From assembly GCA_034669525.1 (NCBI GenBank), contig JAXDNH010000116.1, positions 1 to 50,417 on the forward strand: a DNA stretch of 50,417 nt, written 5' to 3'. Origin of the DNA: Methylobacteriaceae bacterium (GTDB taxonomy: Bacteria; Pseudomonadota; Alphaproteobacteria; Rhizobiales; Beijerinckiaceae). Below, piece by piece: positions 28,713-37,387 of the stretch. Numbering within the stretch: position 1 is the stretch's first letter; each line of letters starts with the position of its first letter. Made by a program: the position numbers and the translations under genes. The notes under the pieces were generated by a model. That model searched no databases. It saw only the letters and a list, made by a program, of their open reading frames with translations, and had not been told where the DNA came from.

Positions 28713-29519
28713 ATGACAAACTTCCACGTCATCGCCGGCCCAAAGGGCACGCTTGAACAGCCGGTCATCCGCCGCATCGGGTTCGAGGATCTCGGCGCCG
28801 CGCTGCGGCGCGGGCTTGACGATTTTTTGAGCAAGCCCTCGCACCTCGTCTTCATCGGCCTGATCTATCCCGTCGTCGGGCTGATCCTCGCCTTCTGGGC
28901 CTCGAACGCGGACCTGCTGCCGCTGCTTTATCCGCTGATGTCCGGCTTTGCGCTGATCGGCCCGCTCGCCGCGATCGGCCTCTACGAGATCAGCCGGCGG
29001 CGGGAGGCCGGACTCGACACATCATGGACGCATGTCTTCGACGTGCTGCGCTCGCCGTCGCTCCCGGCAATTATCGTGCTCGGCATTTCGCTGCTCGTCA
29101 TCTTCGTCGCGTGGCTGATGACCGCCAACGCGCTCTACAACTGGCTGTTCGAGCCGCCGGGGCAGGTCACGCTGCAGCAATTCCTCGACAACATTCTGCA
29201 CACCGACCGCGGCCACAAACTGATTCTGATCGGCAACGTCGTCGGCTTCGTCTTTGCCGCCGTCGCTTTCTGCATCAGCGCGGTATCGTTTCCGCTGCTG
29301 CTTGATCGCGATGTCGGCGCGGGCGTCGCCGTGGCGACGTCGGTCCGCGCCGTGCTCGACAACCTCGTGCCGATGGTGGTCTGGGCCCTGATCATCACGG
29401 CGGGCCTCGTTGTCGGCTTCGCCACGCTGTTCATAGGGCTCGCGGTGATCATGCCGGTCCTCGGCCACGCGACGTGGCATCTCTATCGCCGGGTGGTGCA
29501 GCCGGTCGCGGCGGCGTAA
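28713..29519 (+). CDS. DUF2189-like integral membrane protein
   Basis: The N-terminus reads IRRIGFEDLGAALRRGLDDFLSKPSHLVFIGLIYPVVGLILAF. It is followed by ~5 further TM segments, the typical DUF2189 layout. Confidence 0.6.
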   Translation: MTNFHVIAGPKGTLEQPVIRRIGFEDLGAALRRGLDDFLSKPSHLVFIGLIYPVVGLILAFWASNADLLPLLYPLMSGFALIGPLAAIGLYEISRRREAGLDTSWTHVFDVLRSPSLPAIIVLGISLLVIFVAWLMTANALYNWLFEPPGQVTLQQFLDNILHTDRGHKLILIGNVVGFVFAAVAFCISAVSFPLLLDRDVGAGVAVATSVRAVLDNLVPMVVWALIITAGLVVGFATLFIGLAVIMPVLGHATWHLYRRVVQPVAAA

Positions 29520-30444
29520 GGGCGGAGATATCCACGCTAATCACAGGGCCTCCTGCTTTCGTCGGAGGACAGGAACTTCACGGGGGTACAGCCCGTTGCT
29601 AAACTGCAGCGCGCGCTTCCGCGTGCCTGCCAGATGTGGTAATAGGCGAAGGCTAGGAGGTCCTATGACTCCACCGGCGCAGACCAGCCGCGAAGACCGC
29701 TGAGGCAATCGCCCCGGGCTTCAGACGTAGCGGCATATCAGCGGGACGGCAGACCGGAGAGAGAACCCGTATGCCCGCGCAGTCTTAGTGACGCGAGCGA
29801 TAGCTAAGGGCGCCTCAAGGGTCCTCTCCGGTGCGCTCTTTTTCTTTGGCCGGCTCGTGGAAATCGAGCCGCTGAGGTGTTGCTTGACATCGCGATCCTG
29901 ATGTTAAACGTGCCGAAAACACGTAAGCATGGGTAGTTGCGAACAGCCTGATACCAAATCCCGATTGGCAGCCTTGGCGGGTCTTCGGGAGCCCTGGCGA
30001 AATATCTTCAATTGAGCCTGGAAATTTCGAGGTCCACACCGAGGGATTTGCTTTCGGCTGCGAGTTTGTGCCGAGCAACGACGCCGGCTGATCCTCAGTA
30101 CGAACCGGGATGGTGAGTGGGACATCAAGAATCAGCACGAGCCGTTTTGCCGCGCTTTCGGAATTCCGCTTCTGGGCGGCAAAGATATATTGGAGATTTG
30201 GAAGCGACGACATTCTTTGCCGAAGGCGGTCACAACGTGTTCTTCGGCACGCAAGATGTGCTAGGCAGAAGCTCTGCGGAGCTTAAGCTCGGCCTCGCAA
30301 TTGGAGGCCTGATTTGGCTGTCCGCAGCTGAGCCGGACACCACTGCGGCGGAAAGCTCCGCGGCCTAAACGTAGTACAGAGCTAAATCTTACTTCGACCT
30401 CCAAATTAATCTATAGGACTCACCGAGGAGGCGCGAGTGCGCAA

Positions 30445-32442
30445 ATGAGCCAGTATTACGTCATTAGCTACACCCCTCTCGTCGACCCACTGGTGCCCCC
30501 AGACAACTCGCCGACAACGGCAACGGTCGCGCTCGGCATCAATAATTCCGGTCAGGTGCTTGGCTCTTATTCCGTTTCGGCGTCGGAAGTGCACTACTTC
30601 ATCTACCGTAATGGAACTTACACAACCCTCGACGATGCCACTTATCTCCATGCGTCGCTGAGCGGGATCAATGATTCTGATGAGATCGTCGGCACGCTAC
30701 CAAGTTCTGACGGGGTCCTGTTCAGCAACGGTACATCCACCATTGTCGACGACCCTGCGGGCGTCTACCCGACTCCCCCTGGTTCTAATCAAGCTCCGCT
30801 GCCTCACGAGCGATTGGTGTCCATTAACAATTCCGATGAGATCGTCGGCGCTTACACTCCGGTGGCGGAATGGCAAACTCCAAATTCGTATTCGATCTCC
30901 TTTTTATATAGTAACGGCACATTCACCGATATCACTCCTCCGCAAGCGGTCAGGACAATTGCGAGGCACATCAACGATTCGGGGCAGATTGTCGGCGATT
31001 ATTATACCAGCCCTTTCGCCAATGATTTTCATGCCTTCCTCTATAGCGGCGGAACTTATATCACGCTTAATGATCCACTGGCGGGTCCGACGCCTCAAGG
31101 CGGCACCGGTGGAACCTCGGTCACCGGGATTAATGACCAGGGGCAAGTCGTCGGCCAATATGTCGGCCCATCCGGAACCCATTATTTCATATATCAAAAT
31201 GGAACTTACTCGGACATCGTTGGTGGTCTTCCCAGCGAATTTTCCCCCGACTTTGCGAGAGTGGTTGGGATAAACGATAGCGGCCAAATAATCGGCGTTA
31301 ATTCCTTCACCGGAGAAAGCTTTTTAGCAACCATCGTAGCAGTGAATGCACCCCCTCTGGTAGGCGGTCCAGGAAACGACACGCTTCTAAGTTCGCATGC
31401 ATTTAGCCTTAGTCCTGCGGAAGGTTCGATATACCGGCTCTATGGCGCCACGCTTGGCCGTGCGCCTGATGTCGGCGGCCTCCAATATTGGGCAGGCTTG
31501 CTCGCGAGCGGACAACGGAGTCTGACCGGCATCACGACAGACTTTATCAATTCGCCGGAATTCCAATCAAACTATGGAACGCTCGACAACACACACTTTA
31601 TAACGCTGCTTTACAACAATGTGCTGCATAGATCGCCGGATGCAACAGGCCAGACATATTGGGTGGGCCAGCTCGATGCTGGAGCCTCGCGGGCGTCGGT
31701 TGTCGATGGCTTTTCGGAAAGCGACGAGTATCGGGCCGAGACTGCGATTGCTGCGAGCGCCTTTGCGACCACTGATCTCCACGGTGGAACCTATGGATCG
31801 ATCTTTAGGCTTTACGGCGCGACGCTCGATCGGCAACCCGACGAAGCTGGGTTCCAGCATTGGGTCGGCGCGCTTGCCGGCGGGCAGAGCCTCGAGAGCA
31901 TCACCACGGGTTTTATCAATTCGGCCGAGTTCCGATCAAACTATGGAACGCTCGACAACACGCAATTCGTAAGCCTGCTTTACAACAATGTGCTGCATCG
32001 TCCGGCCGATGCGACAGGGCAGGGATTCTGGGTAGGCCGGCTCAATGGCGGCGCCTCGCGCGAGTCGGTCGTCGACGGCTTCTCAGAAAGTGCGGAATAT
32101 CAAAGCGACACGGCGGCGGCGCTAAATACGTTCGTGCAAACGTCGGTTCCGAGCTGGTCCGACTTCCTTTATAGCGCCGGCGGCAACAATACGCTTCTCG
32201 GTGGCCCGGGCGCGGACACGTTCCGCTTCGACCTTAACACCCCCGGCACAGACGACGTCTATGGCCTGCAATCCTGGGATACTCTCAATCTGGTCAATTT
32301 CGGCTATTCGAGCGCGGCAAACGCCATTGGCCACATGACGCAGGCCGGCCCCGATGTGCTGTTTGCCGATCGTGGCGAGAACATTACGTTCCATGACACC
32401 ACGTTGGCCGCAATATCCGGCGTGTCTTACAGGTTCACCTGA
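30445..32442 (+). CDS. Secreted repeat protein: HAF-type repeats, two DUF4214 domains and an RTX-like C-terminus
   Basis: Six or more GIN(N/D)SGQ(V/I)VG ... HAFLY-type repeats occupy aa ~25-290. Two DUF4214 modules follow (LYGATLGR.PD..G..YW...L..G.....I...F..S.EF). LLGGPGADTFRF is an RTX-like Gly-rich motif. The product has no N-terminal signal peptide. Confidence 0.75.
   Translation: MSQYYVISYTPLVDPLVPPDNSPTTATVALGINNSGQVLGSYSVSASEVHYFIYRNGTYTTLDDATYLHASLSGINDSDEIVGTLPSSDGVLFSNGTSTIVDDPAGVYPTPPGSNQAPLPHERLVSINNSDEIVGAYTPVAEWQTPNSYSISFLYSNGTFTDITPPQAVRTIARHINDSGQIVGDYYTSPFANDFHAFLYSGGTYITLNDPLAGPTPQGGTGGTSVTGINDQGQVVGQYVGPSGTHYFIYQNGTYSDIVGGLPSEFSPDFARVVGINDSGQIIGVNSFTGESFLATIVAVNAPPLVGGPGNDTLLSSHAFSLSPAEGSIYRLYGATLGRAPDVGGLQYWAGLLASGQRSLTGITTDFINSPEFQSNYGTLDNTHFITLLYNNVLHRSPDATGQTYWVGQLDAGASRASVVDGFSESDEYRAETAIAASAFATTDLHGGTYGSIFRLYGATLDRQPDEAGFQHWVGALAGGQSLESITTGFINSAEFRSNYGTLDNTQFVSLLYNNVLHRPADATGQGFWVGRLNGGASRESVVDGFSESAEYQSDTAAALNTFVQTSVPSWSDFLYSAGGNNTLLGGPGADTFRFDLNTPGTDDVYGLQSWDTLNLVNFGYSSAANAIGHMTQAGPDVLFADRGENITFHDTTLAAISGVSYRFT
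31426..32112 (+). repeat. Tandem intragenic duplication (two ~105-aa DUF4214 units, ~372-nt period)
   Basis: Unit 1 spans 31426-31743 and unit 2 spans 31798-32112. They share long near-identical runs, for example aactatggaacgctcgacaacac and ctgctttacaacaatgtgctgcat. Confidence 0.8.
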
Positions 32443-32462
32443 TTGGCGGGTCTGATGAGCCT

Positions 32463-32547
32463 TGGTGCGGTCGAGAGGACTCGAACCTCCACTGGTTGCC
32501 CAACTAGCACCTCAAGCTAGCGCGTCTACCAATTCCGCCACGACCGC
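32463..32547 (-). tRNA. tRNA-Leu (anticodon GAG)
   Basis: The reverse complement is GCGGTCGTGGCGGAATTGGTAGACGCGCTAGCTTGAGGTGCTAGTTGGGCAACCAGTGGAGGTTCGAGTCCTCTCGACCGCACCA. It folds with a 7-bp acceptor stem, the anticodon arm CTAGC-TTGAGGT-GCTAG, a long variable arm, a TTCGAGT T-loop and an encoded CCA. Confidence 0.93.
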
Positions 32548-32636
32548 ATGCGGGGCAGGGCCAAGCCTGCCGGAGCGCGCCCGTCTAACAGGTCGATTCT
32601 GGCCTGACAAGGGAAGCCCGAGCGACCCCCTTGTGA

Positions 32637-33437
32637 GTGGCGCGGCCGATGCGCAGATTGCGCTTCATGCCGGCGCCTGCACAAAGTCGCGACGATCTCG
32701 CCTTCAATTTTTCTGCTGCGGGCGGCGCGCCGCCGGTCGAATGGCGCATCGCCGAAGGACTGATTCAGTACGAAGATGCCGTCGCCGAAATGGAGGCGCG
32801 CGCGGACGCGATCGCAGCGGGCGAGGCGCGCGAACGCGTCTGGCTCCTCGAGCATCCGCCGCTCTACACGTGCGGTACGTCGGGCCGTGACGGCGACCTC
32901 CGCAACCCGCGCTTTCCTGTGCACCGGACCGGGCGCGGCGGCCAGGCCACCTACCACGGACCGGGCCAGCGCGTCGCCTATGTCATGCTCGATCTGAAGC
33001 GCCGGCGGCAGGACGTGCGCGCCTTCGTTGCCGCGCTCGAGGCGTGGATTATCGCGACGCTTGCCGGTTTCAACCTGCGCGGCGAGCGGCGCGAGGATCG
33101 CGTCGGCGTCTGGGTCGCGCGGCCGGACAAGCCGCCGGGCCTCTCAGGGCAGGGCGCCGAGGACAAGATTGCCGCGATCGGCATTCGCGTGCGGCGCTGG
33201 GTGACGTTTCACGGCATTGCACTGAACGTCGAGCCGGACCTCTCGCACTTTGCCGGCGTCGTGCCCTGCGGCGTCAGCGCCGCGCATCTCGGCGTGACGT
33301 CGCTCGTCGACCTCGGCCTGCCGGTCACGATACCGGAGGTCGACGCAGTGCTGCGGCGTGAATTTGAGGCGCTCTTTGGGGCAACGGATTCGCCTCACCG
33401 CCTGTCTGCGGGACGTGTTCCGGTTTTTCACGGATGA
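32637..33437 (+). CDS. lipB: Octanoyl/lipoyl transferase
   Basis: LipB blocks are present ([58 protein letters not shown]). The start is uncertain: GTG at 32637, ATG at 32649 or ATG at 32667. Confidence 0.85.
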   Translation: MARPMRRLRFMPAPAQSRDDLAFNFSAAGGAPPVEWRIAEGLIQYEDAVAEMEARADAIAAGEARERVWLLEHPPLYTCGTSGRDGDLRNPRFPVHRTGRGGQATYHGPGQRVAYVMLDLKRRRQDVRAFVAALEAWIIATLAGFNLRGERREDRVGVWVARPDKPPGLSGQGAEDKIAAIGIRVRRWVTFHGIALNVEPDLSHFAGVVPCGVSAAHLGVTSLVDLGLPVTIPEVDAVLRREFEALFGATDSPHRLSAGRVPVFHG

Positions 33438-34074
33438 TGAGACCCCGCGTCAGCGCCACCGCGCCGATGCCGCAGGCCCAGCCTAAAAACGTGCCGGCAA
33501 CCATGTCGCCGACGAAGTGGAAGTCCGCACCGACAAGACCGATCGCCACCGCAAGGATGAGCGCGGCCCACAACCAGCGCCAGGCCCGGGGCGCAAGCAT
33601 CCATAAGACTGTGCAGGGTGCGGTGATCGTCGTCATATGGCCGGACGGAAACGACGCCCAGCCTTTCCCGCCATGCAGCGGCTCGAAGCGATAGACGCCG
33701 TCGTGGATCCAAGATGGGTTTTTGTCGATCCAGGTCTCCGGCCAGGTGCGGCCGAACAGGTATTTCAGCTCCTCTTTGAACAATGTCGCGATCAAAACCG
33801 CTATGCAAAGCGCAATCAGCGTGCGGCCGAACGGACCTGGGCGCCAGCCGAATGCTGCGGCGGCTGCGACTGCAACGAGTCCGATCGAAGCCGCTGGCAC
33901 GAACGGATCGATAATGTGCGTGAGCCACACAAAGAGCGCAGGAGTGCCGAGCGTCGCATGCGACCATGTCGACACCGCGCGATCGACAAAGGCGATCGAC
34001 AGCGCGGTGCCCACGACGCATGCGATGAAGGAGCCGATGTAGCGGCGCGCTCCCTGAATCCTGTCGTTTGTCAT
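33325..34074 (-). CDS. PAP2-superfamily membrane phosphatase
   Basis: The product is polytopic, with PAP2 motifs [15 protein letters not shown] and ADFHFVGD. Its ATG overlaps the stop of the upstream DUF805 gene (ATGA). Confidence 0.7.
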   Translation of the reverse strand: MTNDRIQGARRYIGSFIACVVGTALSIAFVDRAVSTWSHATLGTPALFVWLTHIIDPFVPAASIGLVAVAAAAAFGWRPGPFGRTLIALCIAVLIATLFKEELKYLFGRTWPETWIDKNPSWIHDGVYRFEPLHGGKGWASFPSGHMTTITAPCTVLWMLAPRAWRWLWAALILAVAIGLVGADFHFVGDMVAGTFLGWACGIGAVALTRGLIIREKPEHVPQTGGEANPLPQRAPQIHAAALRRPPVS

Positions 34075-34751
34075 TTCACGTTGCCGGGCGACAAACTCCG
34101 CTTACCGAAGTTGCGTTCCGGCGCCCGCGGCGAAAGCGTACCGGGAGGATGAATCCTAGACATCGGGCGGTGAGCCGGGGGTTGCGGAGTGGAAGTGGTC
34201 TTACGCTCTGCAATCACTCGATCAAGTGCATCCGCGAGAGCGGCGTCTGGCGCGACCTTATCCTCGCCGCTCGCGCGCGTATAGGCATTCTCGTCCGTGC
34301 TGCTGGCGGCGAAAGACAGCCAGACCCCCTTTATCGTGCTGCCGAGTGCGAGACCGAACACCGCGCCCGGCAGAAATCGAATGTCCGGCAGCAGCTCGTT
34401 CAGCGGCAACGCGTGGTTTGAGGCGACGAGATCAAAGAGACCCGGCACCGCCGCCTTGACCAACAGACCGATCGGCAGGGTGGCGAGGTTCACCCAAAGA
34501 ATCCAGGCGGCACTGCGGCCGATGTCATGGAAGCGTTTGGCTTCGAGCGCCAGCACGATTGCGAAACTGAGGCCGGTCAGGGCGAGCCGCGTGGTCTGCG
34601 ATGCGTCCGTGGCGTAGGCGACCGTCTCATTGAGAAGAACGGTCAGGAGCAGCCCGGCACGATACGTGCCGCGGCTGATGCGGCCGCGCCAGTCGAAAAG
34701 AAGCCAGAGAAGGCTGCCAGCACGAGAGTCCTCCCTGCCGGCAAGATGCAT
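34071..34751 (-). CDS. DUF805-domain inner membrane protein
   Basis: The DUF805 signature LLFDWRGRISRGTYRAGLLL...KRFHDIGRSAAWIL is present. The ATG at 34751 is chosen because the longer track ORF overlaps acyP. Confidence 0.65.
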   Translation of the reverse strand: MHLAGREDSRAGSLLWLLFDWRGRISRGTYRAGLLLTVLLNETVAYATDASQTTRLALTGLSFAIVLALEAKRFHDIGRSAAWILWVNLATLPIGLLVKAAVPGLFDLVASNHALPLNELLPDIRFLPGAVFGLALGSTIKGVWLSFAASSTDENAYTRASGEDKVAPDAALADALDRVIAERKTTSTPQPPAHRPMSRIHPPGTLSPRAPERNFGKRSLSPGNVK

Positions 34752-34770
34752 GAAGCGGGTTGAGCGGCGC

Positions 34771-35061
34771 TTAAAGCGTCCGCAAAATCTCGAATCCTGC
34801 GCGCCCGGCAAGCTGATTTTCGCCTGTGTCTTCCCTCTCCAGGCGCTCGACCTTTGCGCCGGGTGGGCCGCGGCGGCAGATCTCGACCATTTCGTCCACG
34901 ATCCTGTCTCCACCGGCGAGCACGGCCTCGACGCGGTGATCGGCGCGGTTGCGCACCCATCCGGTGAGCCCGCGCGCCTCCGCTTCATCAGCAACAAACG
35001 CGCGGAACCCGACGCCCTGCACGCGCCCGGAAATTCTCAGGCGGACAATCTTCTGCGCCAT
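34771..35061 (-). CDS. acyP: Acylphosphatase
   Basis: RISGRVQGVGFRAFV and GWVRN are acylphosphatase signatures. The product is 96 aa. Its start abuts the panC stop. Confidence 0.85.
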   Translation of the reverse strand: MAQKIVRLRISGRVQGVGFRAFVADEAEARGLTGWVRNRADHRVEAVLAGGDRIVDEMVEICRRGPPGAKVERLEREDTGENQLAGRAGFEILRTL

Positions 35062-35922
35062 CTACTGGACCGCGATATTGTCGATAAGCCGAGTTGCGCC
35101 GAGCCGCGCTGCGGCGAGCAGGCGAATTGGTCCCTCGTCCCGATCGGCGATGCGCGCCAAAGTATCGGCATGCCGGGCTTCGAGGTAATCGATTTCAAAT
35201 CCGGCGCCGACCACCGTTTCGGTTGCGGCACGCATCGCATCGCCGATGCGATCGCCGGCTTTTATGCGCGACGCGGCTTCGCGCAACGCGCGGTAAAGCG
35301 CCGTCGCATGCGTGCGTTCGTCAGGCGAGAGATACACATTGCGCGATGACATCGCCAACCCGTCCGGTTCGCGCAATGTCGGCGCGCCGACGATCCGCGT
35401 CGGGATGTCGAGGTCGATCGCCATTCGTCTGACGACCTGCAGCTGCTGGTAATCCTTCTCGCCGAATAGCGCGATATCGGCCTGCGCCTGGATCAGGAGT
35501 TTGGCGACGATTGTCGCGACGCCGACAAAATGCGTCGGGCGAAAATGGTCTTCGAGATCGGCTTTGGCCACCCCCTCAACGAGGACGTTTGTTGCAAATC
35601 CCTGCGGATACATTTCGGTGACATCCGGCGCAAAGCACAGATCGGTCTGCGCCGTGTGCAGCTTTTGCAGATCGTCACTGAACGTACGTGGATACTTTGC
35701 AAAATCTTCGCTCGGCGAGAATTGCGTCGGGTTGACGAAGATCGAGACGATGACGCGATCGGCTTCCTGCCGCGCGCGCTCGATGAGCGAGATGTGGCCG
35801 GCGTGAAGCGCGCCCATGGTCGGGACAAGCGCGACGCGCGCGGCTTCCGCGCGCCAGCGCCCCACGATTTCACGCAACCCGGCGACATTGCCGACCAGCG
35901 CGGGCCGATTCCCTTCGCTCAA
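35062..35922 (-). CDS. panC: Pantoate--beta-alanine ligase
   Basis: The motifs LVPTMGALHAGHISL and FVNPTQF are present. The TTG at 35922 (GGGGG 7 nt upstream) gives ~286 aa with no overlap. The track start at 35991 is also TTG and would overlap the upstream gene. Confidence 0.85.
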   Translation of the reverse strand: MSEGNRPALVGNVAGLREIVGRWRAEAARVALVPTMGALHAGHISLIERARQEADRVIVSIFVNPTQFSPSEDFAKYPRTFSDDLQKLHTAQTDLCFAPDVTEMYPQGFATNVLVEGVAKADLEDHFRPTHFVGVATIVAKLLIQAQADIALFGEKDYQQLQVVRRMAIDLDIPTRIVGAPTLREPDGLAMSSRNVYLSPDERTHATALYRALREAASRIKAGDRIGDAMRAATETVVGAGFEIDYLEARHADTLARIADRDEGPIRLLAAARLGATRLIDNIAVQ

Positions 35923-35947
35923 CTTGTTGCCCCCGAACCCGCGCGGC

Positions 35948-36442
35948 CTAGCGCGTGCGGTTTCCTGCCGCGAAGTGCCCAAGGAAAGCAAGATAGGTTG
36001 CCGGCAGACCTGCCGCCTGCGCCGCGGCGATCACGCCTTCCATGTAGCCGGGGCGTGGCTCCCCGCCGCTCGGGCCGGCGCCGATATAGACGAGCGCCTG
36101 CACCGGGCTGCCTTCCTTGCGTAGCACCGGCTGCACGAGCTTTCGGTAAAGGCCGCGCGCAATGTCCTCATACCGGTCGAGGGCCGCCACATCGGCGAGC
36201 GCGAGCTCATAGAGAACGCCGTGAACTGTGGCCGCAGGATCGCGCAGCACAGTGGCGTAGCCGGCCTCAAGGATGCCGAACCGATGCCGCGCCAGCCGCG
36301 CGATCCCAAGCGGGCGCGACGCAGGACAGCGCCGCGCCATCGCGCTCACATCCATGTTGGAGCCATAGGCGAAATAGAGCGGCACGCGCTCAGGCGGCTC
36401 TGCGCGCTGTCGCGAGCCCGAGTCCGGCGGCGATGAGGACAC
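35948..36442 (-). CDS. Gamma-glutamylcyclotransferase-fold (AIG2/GGACT-like) protein
   Basis: VPLYFAYGSNM...VHGVLYEL...LDRYE is the GGCT-like signature. The GTG at 36385 (giving MPLYFAYGSNM) is an alternative start that removes the 53-nt overlap with the LysE gene. Confidence 0.7.
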   Translation of the reverse strand: MSSSPPDSGSRQRAEPPERVPLYFAYGSNMDVSAMARRCPASRPLGIARLARHRFGILEAGYATVLRDPAATVHGVLYELALADVAALDRYEDIARGLYRKLVQPVLRKEGSPVQALVYIGAGPSGGEPRPGYMEGVIAAAQAAGLPATYLAFLGHFAAGNRTR

Positions 36443-37004
36443 CTCCGGTCAGCCGGTGGCGCAGGCGCGTGTAGCCGGCGACGATGTTGCGCAGACGACC
36501 GGCGAGAATTGCCCAGCCGCTGTCGAAGATGATCGCGAGGACGAGGAACGTACTCGTCAGCGCCAAAAGCTGCGGCGCGATCGGTTGGTCGGCGACGATG
36601 AATTGCGGAAAAAACGCGCCGTAGAAGAACAGCACTTTCGGATTGGTGAGGGAGATGGCGCCGCCGCGCAGGAAAATCAGGCGCACCGAGCGCGGCTGCG
36701 GCGCCATCGCGAATTCATCGCGCTCCTGCCGCCATGTCCGCACGCCGAGAAAGATCAGGTATGCGACACCAGCCCAGCGCAGATATTCGAATGACGAGGC
36801 GAGCAGGGTGAACAGAGACGCCGTGGCGAAGAATGTCGCAATGAGATGCAGCGCGATCGCGGTGCTTGTGCCGGCGACGGTGATCAGGCCATAGCGCGTG
36901 CCATGCGCGAGCGAGTTCGCGACGATCAGCGCGACATTCGGGCCGGGCATGACCATCAGCACGAGGCAGGTGGCGACAAATCCGAGATAAAGCGGGAGCG
37001 GCAT
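36390..37004 (-). CDS. LysE/RhtB-family amino-acid exporter
   Basis: MPLPLYLGFVATCLVLMVMPGPNVALIVANSLAHG is a typical LysE-family N-terminus. The product is ~204 aa with six hydrophobic segments. Confidence 0.8.
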   Translation of the reverse strand: MPLPLYLGFVATCLVLMVMPGPNVALIVANSLAHGTRYGLITVAGTSTAIALHLIATFFATASLFTLLASSFEYLRWAGVAYLIFLGVRTWRQERDEFAMAPQPRSVRLIFLRGGAISLTNPKVLFFYGAFFPQFIVADQPIAPQLLALTSTFLVLAIIFDSGWAILAGRLRNIVAGYTRLRHRLTGGVLIAAGLGLATARRAA

Positions 37005-37387
37005 GTTTTCCGGCGAAGGAGCGAATTCTCCGGCGACAATGCATTTAAGCACGCGGGAAAGAAAGCTGCCCCAGATTATTCAGCCGCGGGGCTGCATCTC
37101 TTCAGGTTGAACCTGGAATCGGCAAGGGCGCCGGTTGCGCCAGTCCAAAGCGGGCGCCATTGCCGCTGAGGGCGCGTGACATGCATCGGGTACCCGCTGC
37201 ACTGGGCGCGATGTGCCGCGCGCGTTCGAAATCGCCAGCACTTGTTGACCTGATACAATTCCGCGGCCAAAGCCGCCATCTGCTCGCGGCCTGGGGCTGG
37301 GAAGACGCCGCGGACGCAATCCCGGCCTCGATCGAAAGGCCCAGGCAATGAAGGCCGGCCCAAGCGACACATCGTCCTCCATGCCGC

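Noticed and set aside
29815-30213. A 132-aa minus-strand ORF in the island gap.
   Set aside because: It has no RBS and no recognisable domain, and its composition is unlike neighbouring genes. It is treated as non-coding or a relic.
34071-34997. A 308-aa version of the DUF805 ORF.
   Set aside because: The first 82 codons overlap acyP in another frame and have no DUF805 similarity. The ATG at 34751 gives a normal-length protein.
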